Of a stretch of DNA of 64,000 bases, positions 21,371-30,997 are shown piece by piece. The notes below the pieces were generated by a model, which saw only the letters and a list, made by a program, of their open reading frames with translations, ran no database searches and had not been told where the DNA came from. The position numbers and the translations under genes are program-made. The stretch's first letter is position 1, and the number at the start of each line of letters is the position of its first letter. Origin of the DNA: Candidatus Omnitrophota bacterium. Lineage in GTDB: Bacteria > Omnitrophota > Gorgyraeia > Gygaellales > Profunditerraquicolaceae. The stretch spans positions 13,977-77,976 of the forward strand of contig JAQTQJ010000009.1 of NCBI GenBank assembly GCA_028712255.1, given 5' to 3'.

Positions 21371-22363
21371 ATGGGGATAAAATGGAGAGATTTTCAGTTT
21401 CCTAAAAAACTTGAGTGCGATGAGTCAACATATACTGATACATATGGAAAGTTCCAAGCAGCTCCTTTTGAAAGAGGCTATGGCGTAACTTTGGGTAACT
21501 CTTTAAGAAGAGTTTTACTTTCATCTATCGAAGGAAGTGCTGTAACTGCAATTAAAATTGCTGGTGCTTCTCATGAGTTTTCTACGATTGCCGGGGTTCT
21601 TGAGGATGTCCCTGAAATCATCTTGAATATCAAAAGCCTAGTTTTAAATTCTCATTCCAAGATCCCCAAAACAATTTATTTAAAAGCGGATAAGAAGGGT
21701 GAGGTTAAGGCTAAAGATATTCAAACAGATGAGACCATTGAGATAATTAACCCAGAGCTTCATATTGCTACCCTTACCAAGGATACCAAGCTCAATATAG
21801 AAATGGAAGTATCGCGTGGCAGGGGTTATGTTGCGGCTGAGTTGAATAATAAAGAAGATAAAATTGCAGGTTTTATTGTAGTTGATTCGATATTTACTCC
21901 TATTAAGAAGATTAATTATTATGTGGAGAATACGCGTGTAGGACAGCGCACGGATTATGATAAATTGATCCTTGAGATCTGGACTAACGGCAGTATTAAC
22001 CCTAAAGATGCTTTGCTTTATGCTTCCAACATTTTACAAAGGCATTTAGATATCTTTGTCAGCTTTGGCCAGTTGCCTGAAGATATCGCAGAAGAAGAGC
22101 CGGAGATGACTAAAGAAGATGCAGCTTTATATGAAAAACTAAGGTTGCCAATCTCTGAGCTTGAACTTTCAGTGAGAAGCTCAAATTGTTTACGAGAAGC
22201 CGGAATTAAAACTATTGCTGACCTGGTTAAAAGAACCGAAGATGAGATGCTCAACTTTAAAAATTTTGGTAAGAAGTCTCTTACCGAAATTCAAGAGCTT
22301 CTTATGAGTATGGGGGTTAGTTTAGGGATGCAGGTTGATCCTAAGAAAATGAAGAAAGGTTAA
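21371..22363 (+). CDS. rpoA: DNA-directed RNA polymerase subunit alpha
   Basis: 330 aa with alpha NTD and CTD. alpha operon position. Confidence 0.93.
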   Translation: MGIKWRDFQFPKKLECDESTYTDTYGKFQAAPFERGYGVTLGNSLRRVLLSSIEGSAVTAIKIAGASHEFSTIAGVLEDVPEIILNIKSLVLNSHSKIPKTIYLKADKKGEVKAKDIQTDETIEIINPELHIATLTKDTKLNIEMEVSRGRGYVAAELNNKEDKIAGFIVVDSIFTPIKKINYYVENTRVGQRTDYDKLILEIWTNGSINPKDALLYASNILQRHLDIFVSFGQLPEDIAEEEPEMTKEDAALYEKLRLPISELELSVRSSNCLREAGIKTIADLVKRTEDEMLNFKNFGKKSLTEIQELLMSMGVSLGMQVDPKKMKKG

Positions 22364-22366
22364 AAA

Positions 22367-22927
22367 ATGCGTCACGCAAAGAAAAGGATGCAGCTTGGCC
22401 GTTTTACCAGTTGGCATGATGCAACAATAAAGAGTTTGGCCAAAAACATGATAATCTGTCAAAGCATTAAAACTACTTTGACTCGCGCCAAAGCTACTAA
22501 ACAAATGGTCGATAAGCTTATAACTTTATCTAAGAGAAATACGCTTTTTGCCCGTAGACAGGCGCAAAGGGTTTTAGGTGAACATAAGCTGGTGAATCTA
22601 CTTTTTACTGAAATTGGGCCGCGGTTTACGGGGCGCTCAAGTGGTTTTACTCGGATTATTCCATTGGGTAAACGTAGAGGAGATAATGCGGAATTGGTTA
22701 TTTTTGAGCTTACTGAGTTAAAGAGAAAAGAACCTAAGAAGGCAAAAGAGAAAAAGCCTCAAGTAGCCCAGGTAACGGAAGAAGTCAAGGATGACAAAAT
22801 CACTCAAGAGCCGAAAAAGGAAACTAAAGAGGTAGTTAAAGAGAATCCGCTTGATGCGAAGAAGCCGCAGAAGAAATTCATGGGTGGTTTAAGAACCATT
22901 TTTAGAAAGAAAAGTGATTCTTTGTAA
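22367..22927 (+). CDS. rplQ: 50S ribosomal protein L17 (with ~65-aa K/E-rich C-terminal extension)
   Basis: L17 core in the first ~120 aa, then a low-complexity lysine-rich tail. Confidence 0.88.
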   Translation: MRHAKKRMQLGRFTSWHDATIKSLAKNMIICQSIKTTLTRAKATKQMVDKLITLSKRNTLFARRQAQRVLGEHKLVNLLFTEIGPRFTGRSSGFTRIIPLGKRRGDNAELVIFELTELKRKEPKKAKEKKPQVAQVTEEVKDDKITQEPKKETKEVVKENPLDAKKPQKKFMGGLRTIFRKKSDSL

Positions 22928-23000
22928 ATTCATCTTCACAATAGCTGTATATTAAATTTCGTTAGAGTACAGATAGTGTGGGGGGTATAAGAAAAACTTT

Positions 23001-24177
23001 TATGAAAATAGATACTAGAGTTGCTGAGCGGCTGAAAAAAATAAATCCTTCCTCAACGCTGGCGATAACCTCTAAAGCTAAGAAACTTAAAAGCGAGGGT
23101 AAGGATATTGTTAGTTTTGCCGCCGGCGAACCTGATTTTGATACCCCTGACTTTGTAAAAGATGCGGCAATTGCGGCAATAAATTCAGGATTCACCAAGT
23201 ATACTCCTACCACAGGCATACCCGAATTAAAAAAACTTATTTGTCAGAAATTTAAAAAAGATAATTCTTTGGAATATGCTCCGGATCAGATCATCGTTTC
23301 CAATGGAGCAAAGCATAGCATTTTTAATGCGTTGATGGTGCTTCTAAACCGTGGTGATGAAGCACTTATTCCCCTGCCTTATTGGGTAAGTTACCCTGAG
23401 ATGGTAAATCTGTGCGAGGCAAATGTGCGTTTTATAAAAACAATCTCCGCAAATAATTTCAAAATTTCTGCAGCTGATCTTTCCAAGCATATTACTGCAA
23501 AAACCAAAATCCTTATTCTTAATAGCCCATCGAATCCGACCGGTTCTGTCTATGACCGGCAGGATTTGGAAGCTATCGCTAAAATCTGTGTGGCTAAAAA
23601 TATTTTTGTGATCAGCGATGAGATTTATGAGAAGATTACTTTTGACGGTTTAAAACATAATTCTATTGCCAGTCTAAATAAAGATATTTATAATTTAACC
23701 ATTACGGTCAATGGTTTATCTAAGAGCCATTCGATGACTGGTTGGCGTATCGGTTACCTGGGGGCTCCCAGTGATATTGCAAATGCTATTTCCAATCTGC
23801 AGGATCATACAACTTCTAATCCGAATTCTATTGCTCAGAAGGCAGCGGTGGCAGCAATGAGTGCTCCGGAAGATTTCACGCATAAATTATGCCTTGAGTT
23901 TGCCAAAAGGAGAGATTATTTGGCTGCAAGGCTTCGGGAAGTTAAGAGGCTAAGTTTTTCTATGCCGTTTGGAGCGTTCTATATGTTTTGTGATATATCT
24001 AAAACAGGCCTTGACTCTTTAACCTTTGCTAAGCGCTTGCTGGAGGAAGAATATGTAAGCGTAATTCCAGGATGCAGCTTTGGAATGGATGATCATATTA
24101 GGATAAGTTTTGCCACAAGTATTGAAGAATTACAAAAAGGAATGGATAGGATAGAGGGTTGGTTAAAGAAAATATAA
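23001..24177 (+). CDS. aminotransferase class I/II (aspartate aminotransferase-like)
   Basis: PLP fold-type I features (SKSHSMTGWRIGY, PLP-lysine context). ATG 23001 preferred over the ORF-track GTG at 22978. Confidence 0.8.
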
Positions 24178-24251
24178 ATAGGCTGTAAGTTGTAAGTCGA
24201 AAGTTTTAAGCTTAAAGCTTACGACTTATAGCTTAAAACTAAAGTTATTTT
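24178..24251. repeat. TAAGC-hexamer / AAGCTT-palindrome intergenic repeat, copy A
   Basis: GTAAGTTGTAAGTCGAAAGTTTTAAGCTTAAAGCTTACGACTTATAGCTTAAAAC. Contains inverted TAAGTCG/CGACTTA arms. Confidence 0.6.
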
Positions 24252-25508
24252 ATGGCCAAGACAATTGCAGAAAAAATTTTAAGTAAACATGCCGGTAAAG
24301 ATTTGAAGGCGGGTGACTTTGCTGTTTGTAAAGTAGATTTTACTTTTGGCCAGGATGGTACCTCCTCGATAATAATTGATCGCATTAAAGAGCTGGGTAT
24401 AAAGAAATTAAAGACTTCATTTTGTATGGTAATTGACCATAGCTCTCCAAGCCCTAGTGAAGGGGTTTCTCGTGTACATAAGAAGATGCGCGATTTTTCA
24501 CGGGATTTTAAGACAGAGATTTTTGATATTGGTTGTGGAGTATGCCATCAGGTTATTCCTGAATCCGGCAAAATCCTTCCCGGGAATCTGATTTTAGGAG
24601 CGGATTCCCATACCTGTACTTATGGAGCCCTTGGCGCATTCTCTACCGGTGTAGGGTCGACGGATTTAGCTATAGCTTTATCTACAGGGAAGAATTGGTT
24701 TAAGGTTCCTGCAACTATAAAAATTATAGTTCAGGGTAAGCTTAAAAGTGGCGTTTTTGCTAAGGATGTAATTTTACATATAATCGGTAATTTAAAAAGC
24801 GACGCAGCCACATATAAAGCAGTTGAATTTTACGGCCCTGTGATTGATAATATGGGAATGGATGGGCGTTTTACTATTGCTAATATGTTAGTTGAAATGG
24901 GGGCAAAAGCAGGCTTTATGCCGGTTGATAAAAAAACTGTTACTTGGTTAAAACCTAGAATTGCCAAAGGAGTGCGTATTGAAAGTATTGCGGCGGATAA
25001 AGGGGCTATCTATGAGAGTGTTTACGAATTTGATGTTTCTACGCTTGGCCCGATGGTTTCTATGCCGCATAGTGTAGATAATACCGCAGAGGTTACTTCT
25101 CTGAATAAGGTAAAAATTGATGAGGCTTTCTTGGGGACCTGTACTAATGGCAGAATAGATGACCTTGTGGTTGCGGCAAGAGTTTTAAATAAAAGAAAAG
25201 TTTCCCCGGCAGTCAAATTAATTATTGCTCCCAGCTCACGTGAAGTTTATCTGGAGGCTTTAAGGCTCGGGTTAGTCGAGATGTTTATTAAAGCTGGTGC
25301 TTGTATTGTAGCTCCAGGTTGTGGCCCTTGCGTAGGAACGCATAACGGAATTCCTAGCGATGGAGAAGTAGTGATTTCAACTGCTAATCGTAATTTTAAA
25401 GGCAGGATGGGCAATCCTGCGGCATTTATTTATTTAGCTTCTCCGGCTACAGTAGCAGCTTCTGCGCTGACCGGTTTTATAACTGACCCCAGAGTTTATT
25501 TTAAGTAA
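24252..25508 (+). CDS. leuC: 3-isopropylmalate dehydratase / homoaconitase large subunit (archaeal-type LeuC, ~420 aa)
   Basis: Aconitase-family motifs (GADSHTCTYGALGAF, CGPCVG, TANRNFKGRMG). leuD follows two genes downstream. Confidence 0.85.
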   Translation: MAKTIAEKILSKHAGKDLKAGDFAVCKVDFTFGQDGTSSIIIDRIKELGIKKLKTSFCMVIDHSSPSPSEGVSRVHKKMRDFSRDFKTEIFDIGCGVCHQVIPESGKILPGNLILGADSHTCTYGALGAFSTGVGSTDLAIALSTGKNWFKVPATIKIIVQGKLKSGVFAKDVILHIIGNLKSDAATYKAVEFYGPVIDNMGMDGRFTIANMLVEMGAKAGFMPVDKKTVTWLKPRIAKGVRIESIAADKGAIYESVYEFDVSTLGPMVSMPHSVDNTAEVTSLNKVKIDEAFLGTCTNGRIDDLVVAARVLNKRKVSPAVKLIIAPSSREVYLEALRLGLVEMFIKAGACIVAPGCGPCVGTHNGIPSDGEVVISTANRNFKGRMGNPAAFIYLASPATVAASALTGFITDPRVYFK

Positions 25509-25535
25509 TACCCTTTCAGGATAAGGAGGTATTTT

Positions 25536-26582
25536 ATGGAAATTCGCGATTTACTTTTGATGTGTAATGAAAACGGAGCTTCGGATTTACATATTACGGA
25601 AAATGAACCTCCGGTTTTACGAGTCGATGGTAGATTATTGCGTACACAACTGGAAAAATTAGATAAGCAGAGCCTAAAGAAAATGATTTATAGCGTTCTT
25701 TCTAATACCCAGAAAGAGATTTTCGAGCGTGAACTGGAACTCGACTTTTCTCTTGCCCTGCCTGATTTAGACCGTTTTCGAGTGAATGTCCATTTACAAA
25801 AAGGTTCAGTTGAGGCGGCATTTCGCCGTATCCCCAGAGAGATTCCTGCTGTGGAAAAATTAGGTTTACCAAAAATTATATCTGATTTAGCTCGTAGGCC
25901 AAATGGTTTGGTTTTAGTAACTGGTCCTACTGGCATGGGAAAAACCACTACTTTGGCGGCGATGATTGATCTTATTAACGGCGAGCGGGAATGCATGATC
26001 ACCTGTATTGAGGACCCGATTGAATTTATTTATGCCAATAAGAAGAGCATAGTTAAACAGCGAGAGGTTTATTCGGATACACATTCTTTTGCTGATGCCC
26101 TGCGCCATGCCCTTAGACAAGATCCCAATGTTATCGTGGTAGGAGAGATGCGTGATTTAGAAACTATTTCAACTGCGCTGACGGCAGCTGAAACTGGCCA
26201 CCTTGTTTTGGCTACTTTGCATACCCCAGATGCCCCGCAAACTATTTCTAGGATTATCGATGTTTTTCCTCCGCATCAGCAGACGCAGGTTAAATTACAA
26301 CTTTCCGATTGTTTGCAAGGAGTAATTTCACAGCTTTTGCTTCCGCATGCCTCAGGGAAGGGCAGGGTATTGGCTACGGAGGTGATGATAGCAACGGCTA
26401 GTATTCGCAACCTTATCCGTGAACAACAAATTGAACAGATTCCGACAATGATGCAGACTGGCTTACAATATGGTATGAATACCATGGATAGCTGTCTTAA
26501 GGAGTTGACTCAGAAAGGGTTGATTACTTTAGATATGGCTATGTCTAAGGTAAAGAATAGGGAAGAATTCAAACAGCTATGA
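25536..26582 (+). CDS. pilT: type IV pilus retraction ATPase PilT (twitching motility)
   Basis: 348 aa with Walker A GPTGMGKTTT. PilT/PilU-like N and C termini. 4-nt overlap with leuD. Confidence 0.85.
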   Translation: MEIRDLLLMCNENGASDLHITENEPPVLRVDGRLLRTQLEKLDKQSLKKMIYSVLSNTQKEIFERELELDFSLALPDLDRFRVNVHLQKGSVEAAFRRIPREIPAVEKLGLPKIISDLARRPNGLVLVTGPTGMGKTTTLAAMIDLINGERECMITCIEDPIEFIYANKKSIVKQREVYSDTHSFADALRHALRQDPNVIVVGEMRDLETISTALTAAETGHLVLATLHTPDAPQTISRIIDVFPPHQQTQVKLQLSDCLQGVISQLLLPHASGKGRVLATEVMIATASIRNLIREQQIEQIPTMMQTGLQYGMNTMDSCLKELTQKGLITLDMAMSKVKNREEFKQL

Positions 26583-27079
26583 GTATTGCAGGAACTAGCG
26601 TAAAATTAGGGGACAATATAAATACGGATTTTATTATTTCCGGAAGATATAAGTTTGCGATTACGGATATGAAGGAGTTGGCTAAGCATATTATGGAAGA
26701 TATTGATCCGAATTTTCCTCAAAAGATTATTCCGGGTAAAACAATTATTGTAGCAGGTAATAACTTTGGCATGGGGTCAAGCCGTGAACAGGCTCCTTTG
26801 GTAATTAAAGAGGCAGGGATTGTGGCGGTATTGTCACCACAATTTGCGCGTATATTTTTCCGTAATAGTTTTAATATCGGTTTAGCGTTAATTGAAACTG
26901 ATACCAGTAAAATTGATGAGCATGACCAGCTGGAAATTGATTTAAATTTAGGCTTGGTGAAGAATCTAACCAAAGGCATTGATTTAAAGATTAAACCTTT
27001 ACCTAAATTTATGCAGGATTTATTGGCTGAAGGCGGAATAACTAATTATTATAAGAAGCATGGAGAACTTAAAATTTAG
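26579..27079 (+). CDS. leuD: 3-isopropylmalate dehydratase small subunit (archaeal-type LeuD)
   Basis: 166 aa aconitase swivel domain (GNNFGMGSSREQAP). Confidence 0.85.
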   Translation: MSIAGTSVKLGDNINTDFIISGRYKFAITDMKELAKHIMEDIDPNFPQKIIPGKTIIVAGNNFGMGSSREQAPLVIKEAGIVAVLSPQFARIFFRNSFNIGLALIETDTSKIDEHDQLEIDLNLGLVKNLTKGIDLKIKPLPKFMQDLLAEGGITNYYKKHGELKI

Positions 27080-28177
27080 ATGGAATATAAAATAACTTTG
27101 ATTCCCGGAGATGGTATTGGCCAGGAAGTTTCTCTTGCAGCTACTCGATGTATTGACGCTACGGGAGTTAAGATTAAATGGGATACTGTGCTTGCAGGAA
27201 GTGTCGCCTTGGAGAAAATGGGAGAGCTCTTGCCACAGAGCGCATTAGATTCAATCAGGAAGAATAAAGTCGCTCTTAAGGGCCCGATTACTACCCCTAT
27301 TGGCACTGGATTTCGATCGGTAAATGTAGCTATTAGGCAGGCTTTAGATCTTTATGCATGCGTGCGTCCGGCAAAAAGTTATTTAGGAGTAAAAAGTATT
27401 TTTAAAGATATCGATTTGGTCATTATTAGGGAAAATAGCGAAGATCTTTACGCAGGTATAGAATTTGAAGAAGGTAAGCCTGAAACCAAAAATTTAATTG
27501 CTCAGATTCAAAAAGATACCAAGCGGATAATTCGTCAGGATTCCGGAATAACTATCAAGCCTATCTCTAAATTTGCCTCAGAAAGAATTGTAAAGTTTGC
27601 TTTTGAGTATGCTTTAAAGAATAAGCGTAAAAAAGTTACTTGTGTGCATAAGGCAAATATCATGAAATTTACCGACGGACTATTTTTAAAAGTTGCCCGG
27701 GAAGTCGCAGTAAATTATAAAGAAAAGATAATTTTTGAAGAAGCTATTGTAGATAATATTACCATGCAGCTAGTACAGAAGCCGCATAATTATGATGTTT
27801 TGGTGTTGCCCAATCTTTATGGAGATATAATTTCAGATCTTTGCGCAGGTTTGGTTGGTGGTTTAGGGGTTGCTCCGGGGGCCAATATCGGTTCTGATAT
27901 TGCGGTTTTCGAAGCAGTACATGGATCTGCGCCAAAATATCAGGGTCAGAATAAGGTTAACCCAACGGCTATGATTTTATCTGGGGTTTTGATGCTGCGG
28001 TATATTAATGAAGCTAAGGCGGCAGATAAATTAGAAGAGGCGGTAAAAGAGGTAATTAGTGAAGGTAAATTTGTAACATACGATTTAAAAAATGATCCGC
28101 TTGATTCAACTGCTGTAGGTACTGCGCAGATGGCTGATGCGATTATTGAGAAGGTTAAAAAATTAAATAAGGCATAA
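27080..28177 (+). CDS. beta-decarboxylating dehydrogenase (3-isopropylmalate/isocitrate/homoisocitrate dehydrogenase family)
   Basis: 365 aa IDH/IMDH family ([19 protein letters not shown]). Adjacent to leuCD. Confidence 0.8.
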   Translation: MEYKITLIPGDGIGQEVSLAATRCIDATGVKIKWDTVLAGSVALEKMGELLPQSALDSIRKNKVALKGPITTPIGTGFRSVNVAIRQALDLYACVRPAKSYLGVKSIFKDIDLVIIRENSEDLYAGIEFEEGKPETKNLIAQIQKDTKRIIRQDSGITIKPISKFASERIVKFAFEYALKNKRKKVTCVHKANIMKFTDGLFLKVAREVAVNYKEKIIFEEAIVDNITMQLVQKPHNYDVLVLPNLYGDIISDLCAGLVGGLGVAPGANIGSDIAVFEAVHGSAPKYQGQNKVNPTAMILSGVLMLRYINEAKAADKLEEAVKEVISEGKFVTYDLKNDPLDSTAVGTAQMADAIIEKVKKLNKA

Positions 28178-28229
28178 GTTATAAGTGATAAGCCTTAAGC
28201 TTACAGCTTGTTTAGATTTTAGAAAACAC
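28178..28229. repeat. TAAGC-hexamer repeat, copy B
   Basis: ATAAGTTATAAGTGATAAGCCTTAAGCTTACAGCTTGTTTAGATTTTAG. Confidence 0.6.
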
Positions 28230-28275
28230 GGGACCGTTTCTATTTTTCTAAATTTAGAAAAATAGAAACGGTCCC
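28230..28275. repeat. 46-nt perfect palindrome (likely bidirectional terminator/hairpin), flanked by GTTT(T)AGATTT direct repeats
   Basis: GGGACCGTTTCTATTTTTCTAAATTTAGAAAAATAGAAACGGTCCC is its own reverse complement. Direct repeats sit at 28210-28220 and 28285-28296. Confidence 0.7.
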
Positions 28276-28314
28276 AAGATTCCAGTTTTAGATTTGTTAA
28301 AAGGGATATTTAGG

Positions 28315-29229
28315 ATGAAAATATCAATTATCGGTGCGGGTAATGTTGGTAGCTTAACGGCAATGCGCATCGCCCAGGATGGATTGGGCGATGTTTTGCT
28401 TATTGATGTGGTGAAGGGTTTAGCGTACGGAAAGTCATTGGATTTAGAGGATGCCCGGCCGCTTTTAAGGTATAATTACAATATTTCTGGCAGTGATGAT
28501 ATCAGCCGAATAAAGGATTCAGATATTATAGTAGTTACTGCAGGCCTGGCGCGTAAACCTGGGATGAGCCGCGAAGAATTGCTAGTTAAGAATGCGCAGA
28601 TTTTAAAAGGGGTATGTTTAAATATAAAAGAACTGGCAAAACAAGCAATTGTTATAGTGGTAACTAACCCTTTGGATATTATGACTCTTTATGCTTTAAA
28701 GATTACTGGTTTTGGCCCTAGTAAGCTTTTTGGCATGGGAATTAGTTTGGATACTGCCCGATTTGTTAACCTAATAGCCGGTGAATTAAATTTACCCGTT
28801 ACGGATATTGAGGCGCTTGTAATTGGCGCTCATGGTGAAACCATGCTTCCTTTGCCAGCTCTTACAAAAGTTAAAGGCGTTCCTTTAGATGAGTTTATTC
28901 ATGATGAAAAAATTAAAACTTTAGTCAGCCGTACTGTTGGAAGAGGTGCTGAAATTGTTGCCAGCCTTGGTACAGGTAGTGCATTTTTTGCTCCTTCAGC
29001 TGCAGTTTCGGCAATCGTTAAAACAATAGTAAAAGATGAAAAACGTATCATTGGCTTATGTAGTTATCTAAATGGCCAATATGGTATTAATGACAGTTGC
29101 CTTGGTGTTCCCTGCCGCCTGGGAAAGAATGGCATTGAGCAGATTATTGAATTGGATCTTTCAGTCGATGAAAAAGCTAAGCTGATCAAATCAGCCAAAC
29201 TTGTTACTCAGGCAGCAGCACAATTATAA
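28315..29229 (+). CDS. mdh: malate/L-lactate dehydrogenase (LDH-like MDH)
   Basis: Rossmann GAGNVGS. ATG 28315 with a plausible SD. The ORF-track start at 28294 is TTG. Confidence 0.85.
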   Translation: MKISIIGAGNVGSLTAMRIAQDGLGDVLLIDVVKGLAYGKSLDLEDARPLLRYNYNISGSDDISRIKDSDIIVVTAGLARKPGMSREELLVKNAQILKGVCLNIKELAKQAIVIVVTNPLDIMTLYALKITGFGPSKLFGMGISLDTARFVNLIAGELNLPVTDIEALVIGAHGETMLPLPALTKVKGVPLDEFIHDEKIKTLVSRTVGRGAEIVASLGTGSAFFAPSAAVSAIVKTIVKDEKRIIGLCSYLNGQYGINDSCLGVPCRLGKNGIEQIIELDLSVDEKAKLIKSAKLVTQAAAQL

Positions 29230-29237
29230 ACCATACC

Positions 29238-30527
29238 ATGTATGATCTGGCTGTTATTGGAGCAGGTTGGGCGGGTTTTAACGCTGCTCTAAGGGCAAAG
29301 GATTTTAAGTTAAAAGTTTGCCTTATTGAGTCCGATAATATCGGCGGAACCTGCTTAAACAAGGGTTGTATTCCAACCAAAACATTAATTGCCTGCGCAA
29401 AAGTATTCTCGCTTACTAAGAAATCATCAACTTTTGGAATAGAATTAGATAATCCCCGGTTTAATTTCACAAAAATCCAAGAGAGAAAAAATAAAATTAT
29501 TTATCAGCTTGCTCAAGGTATGAGAGCCAATCTTTCGGGTATTGATTTTATTCAATCAACCGCACAAATTCTTTCTCCTCATGAAATAAAAGTCGATGGC
29601 CGTTTAATTAGCGCCAAGTTTCTACTGATTTCAACCGGAAGCCATCCGCTGGAATTAGCGCAATTAAAATTCGATAAGGAAAAAATAATCTCAAGCGATG
29701 AAGCTCTGTCTTTATCAGAAATCCCGCCTTCTTTATTGATAGCCGGTGGAGGAGTAATTGGTTGTGAATTTGCCAGCCTTTTTTCTATTCTGGGTTCTAA
29801 AGTGGCTATAGCTGAGAAAATCCCTAATATATTAGCAGGACAGGATAATGATGTGGTTAGAAAGATTGAAGTTATATTTAGGAAAAAATCCATTGAAGTG
29901 ATTACTGGTGTTGATATTGCAACTTTGGCTTTACAGAATTATTCACGAGTTTTGGTTTGTGTAGGAAGGGCTCCTAATACTTCAGGCTTAGGGTTGGAAG
30001 GTTTAGGGATAAAATTGGAAAATGGTAGAATAATTGTTGATGATTACCTTAAAACTAATGTTGACAATATATATGCTGCAGGAGATTGTACTTCTAGGAT
30101 AATGCTGGCTCATTATGCTTCTTATCAGGGCAGAGCTGCGGTTGAAAATATGGTTTTGAATAATAAGCATAAAGCGGATAATTCAGTTGTGCCTTCTTGT
30201 GTATTTACTGATCCACAGATTGCTAGCGTAGGTTTGAATGAAGATAGGGCGGTGGCTACTGGTATATCGGTTAAGGCCTATAAGTTTGATTTCCGTGCTT
30301 GCGGTATGGCCTGGATTATCGATGAGGTTGAGGGATTTATCAAGGTTATTAGCAATCGGGATACTCAGGAAGTAATCGGCGCTAGCATAATTGGCCCGTT
30401 TGCTAGCGAATTAATTGCAATCTTCTCTGTAGCAATTTCTGCGCATTTGACCGTTAGTCAGATACGCGCAATAATCTTTGCTCATCCTACTCTTTCGGAA
30501 TCAATACATGAAGTTGTATGTGATTAA
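29238..30527 (+). CDS. lpdA: dihydrolipoyl dehydrogenase-like flavoprotein disulfide reductase
   Basis: FAD motif GAGWAG, redox-active CLNKGC, C-terminal dimerisation domain. 429 aa. Confidence 0.8.
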   Translation: MYDLAVIGAGWAGFNAALRAKDFKLKVCLIESDNIGGTCLNKGCIPTKTLIACAKVFSLTKKSSTFGIELDNPRFNFTKIQERKNKIIYQLAQGMRANLSGIDFIQSTAQILSPHEIKVDGRLISAKFLLISTGSHPLELAQLKFDKEKIISSDEALSLSEIPPSLLIAGGGVIGCEFASLFSILGSKVAIAEKIPNILAGQDNDVVRKIEVIFRKKSIEVITGVDIATLALQNYSRVLVCVGRAPNTSGLGLEGLGIKLENGRIIVDDYLKTNVDNIYAAGDCTSRIMLAHYASYQGRAAVENMVLNNKHKADNSVVPSCVFTDPQIASVGLNEDRAVATGISVKAYKFDFRACGMAWIIDEVEGFIKVISNRDTQEVIGASIIGPFASELIAIFSVAISAHLTVSQIRAIIFAHPTLSESIHEVVCD

Positions 30528-30530
30528 GAG

Positions 30531-30609
30531 CACCTGGCCCTTAATGGAATTGGGCCAGTGTTCGCCTGGTGGCGAAGAATTGCGCGGGTGTTTCCTTGTG
30601 GGAAGGAGG
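30531..30609 (+). promoter_or_regulatory. Recurrent structured leader motif, copy 5 (tandem 1.5 copies upstream of lipoyl-domain protein)
   Basis: Full unit: CACCTGGCCC, loop TTAATGGAATT, GGGCCAGTG, then hairpin TTCGCCTGGTGGCGAA. Partial second unit: GAATT, GCGCGGGTG, then TTCCTTGTGGGAA. Followed by GGAGG. Confidence 0.55.
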
Positions 30610-30614
30610 CTTTT

Positions 30615-30851
30615 ATGGTAAAAGTCGTTTTACCGGAATTAGGCGAAGGTATTACTAAGGCTACCGTATCATATTGGTTTTTTAAAGATGGACAGAAAGT
30701 AAGTAAGAATGATGATTTGGTTGAACTTACTACAGATAAAACTACATTTAATTTACCCAGCCCCTGTACTGGAATAATCTCTGAGATAATGTATAGTGAA
30801 GGCGATAGCGTAGAGGCAGGTCAGACACTAGCGGTAATCGATGAAGAATAA
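30615..30851 (+). CDS. free-standing biotin/lipoyl attachment domain protein
   Basis: 78 aa with E2-like lipoyl-lysine context TDKTTFNLPSPCTGII. The ORF-track start at 30558 lies inside the leader motif. Confidence 0.7.
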   Translation: MVKVVLPELGEGITKATVSYWFFKDGQKVSKNDDLVELTTDKTTFNLPSPCTGIISEIMYSEGDSVEAGQTLAVIDEE

Positions 30852-30875
30852 TCGGCAGCTGATTCCGTTAAAAAT

Positions 30876-30919
30876 AAGGGGATGGTTCTCTTAAGCAAGA
30901 GAACCATCCCCTTATTTTT
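30876..30919 (+). terminator. rho-independent terminator
   Basis: About 16-bp stem AAGGGGATGGTTCTCTT/AAGAGAACCATCCCCTT, loop AAGC, then TTATTTTT. Confidence 0.85.
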
Positions 30920-30933
30920 AACTAAGATTTTAA

Positions 30934-30962
30934 TTGCAACAGCATGCACACTTTGCTATCAT
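30934..30962 (+). promoter_or_regulatory. candidate sigma70-type promoter for HD-GYP/glycolipid operon
   Basis: TTGCAA, 17-nt spacer, TATCAT (TATAAT also 3 nt downstream). Located after the terminator, 35 nt before the ATG. Confidence 0.35.
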
Positions 30963-30997
30963 TATATAATAATTAAACTTAGGAATAGGTGAGATAA

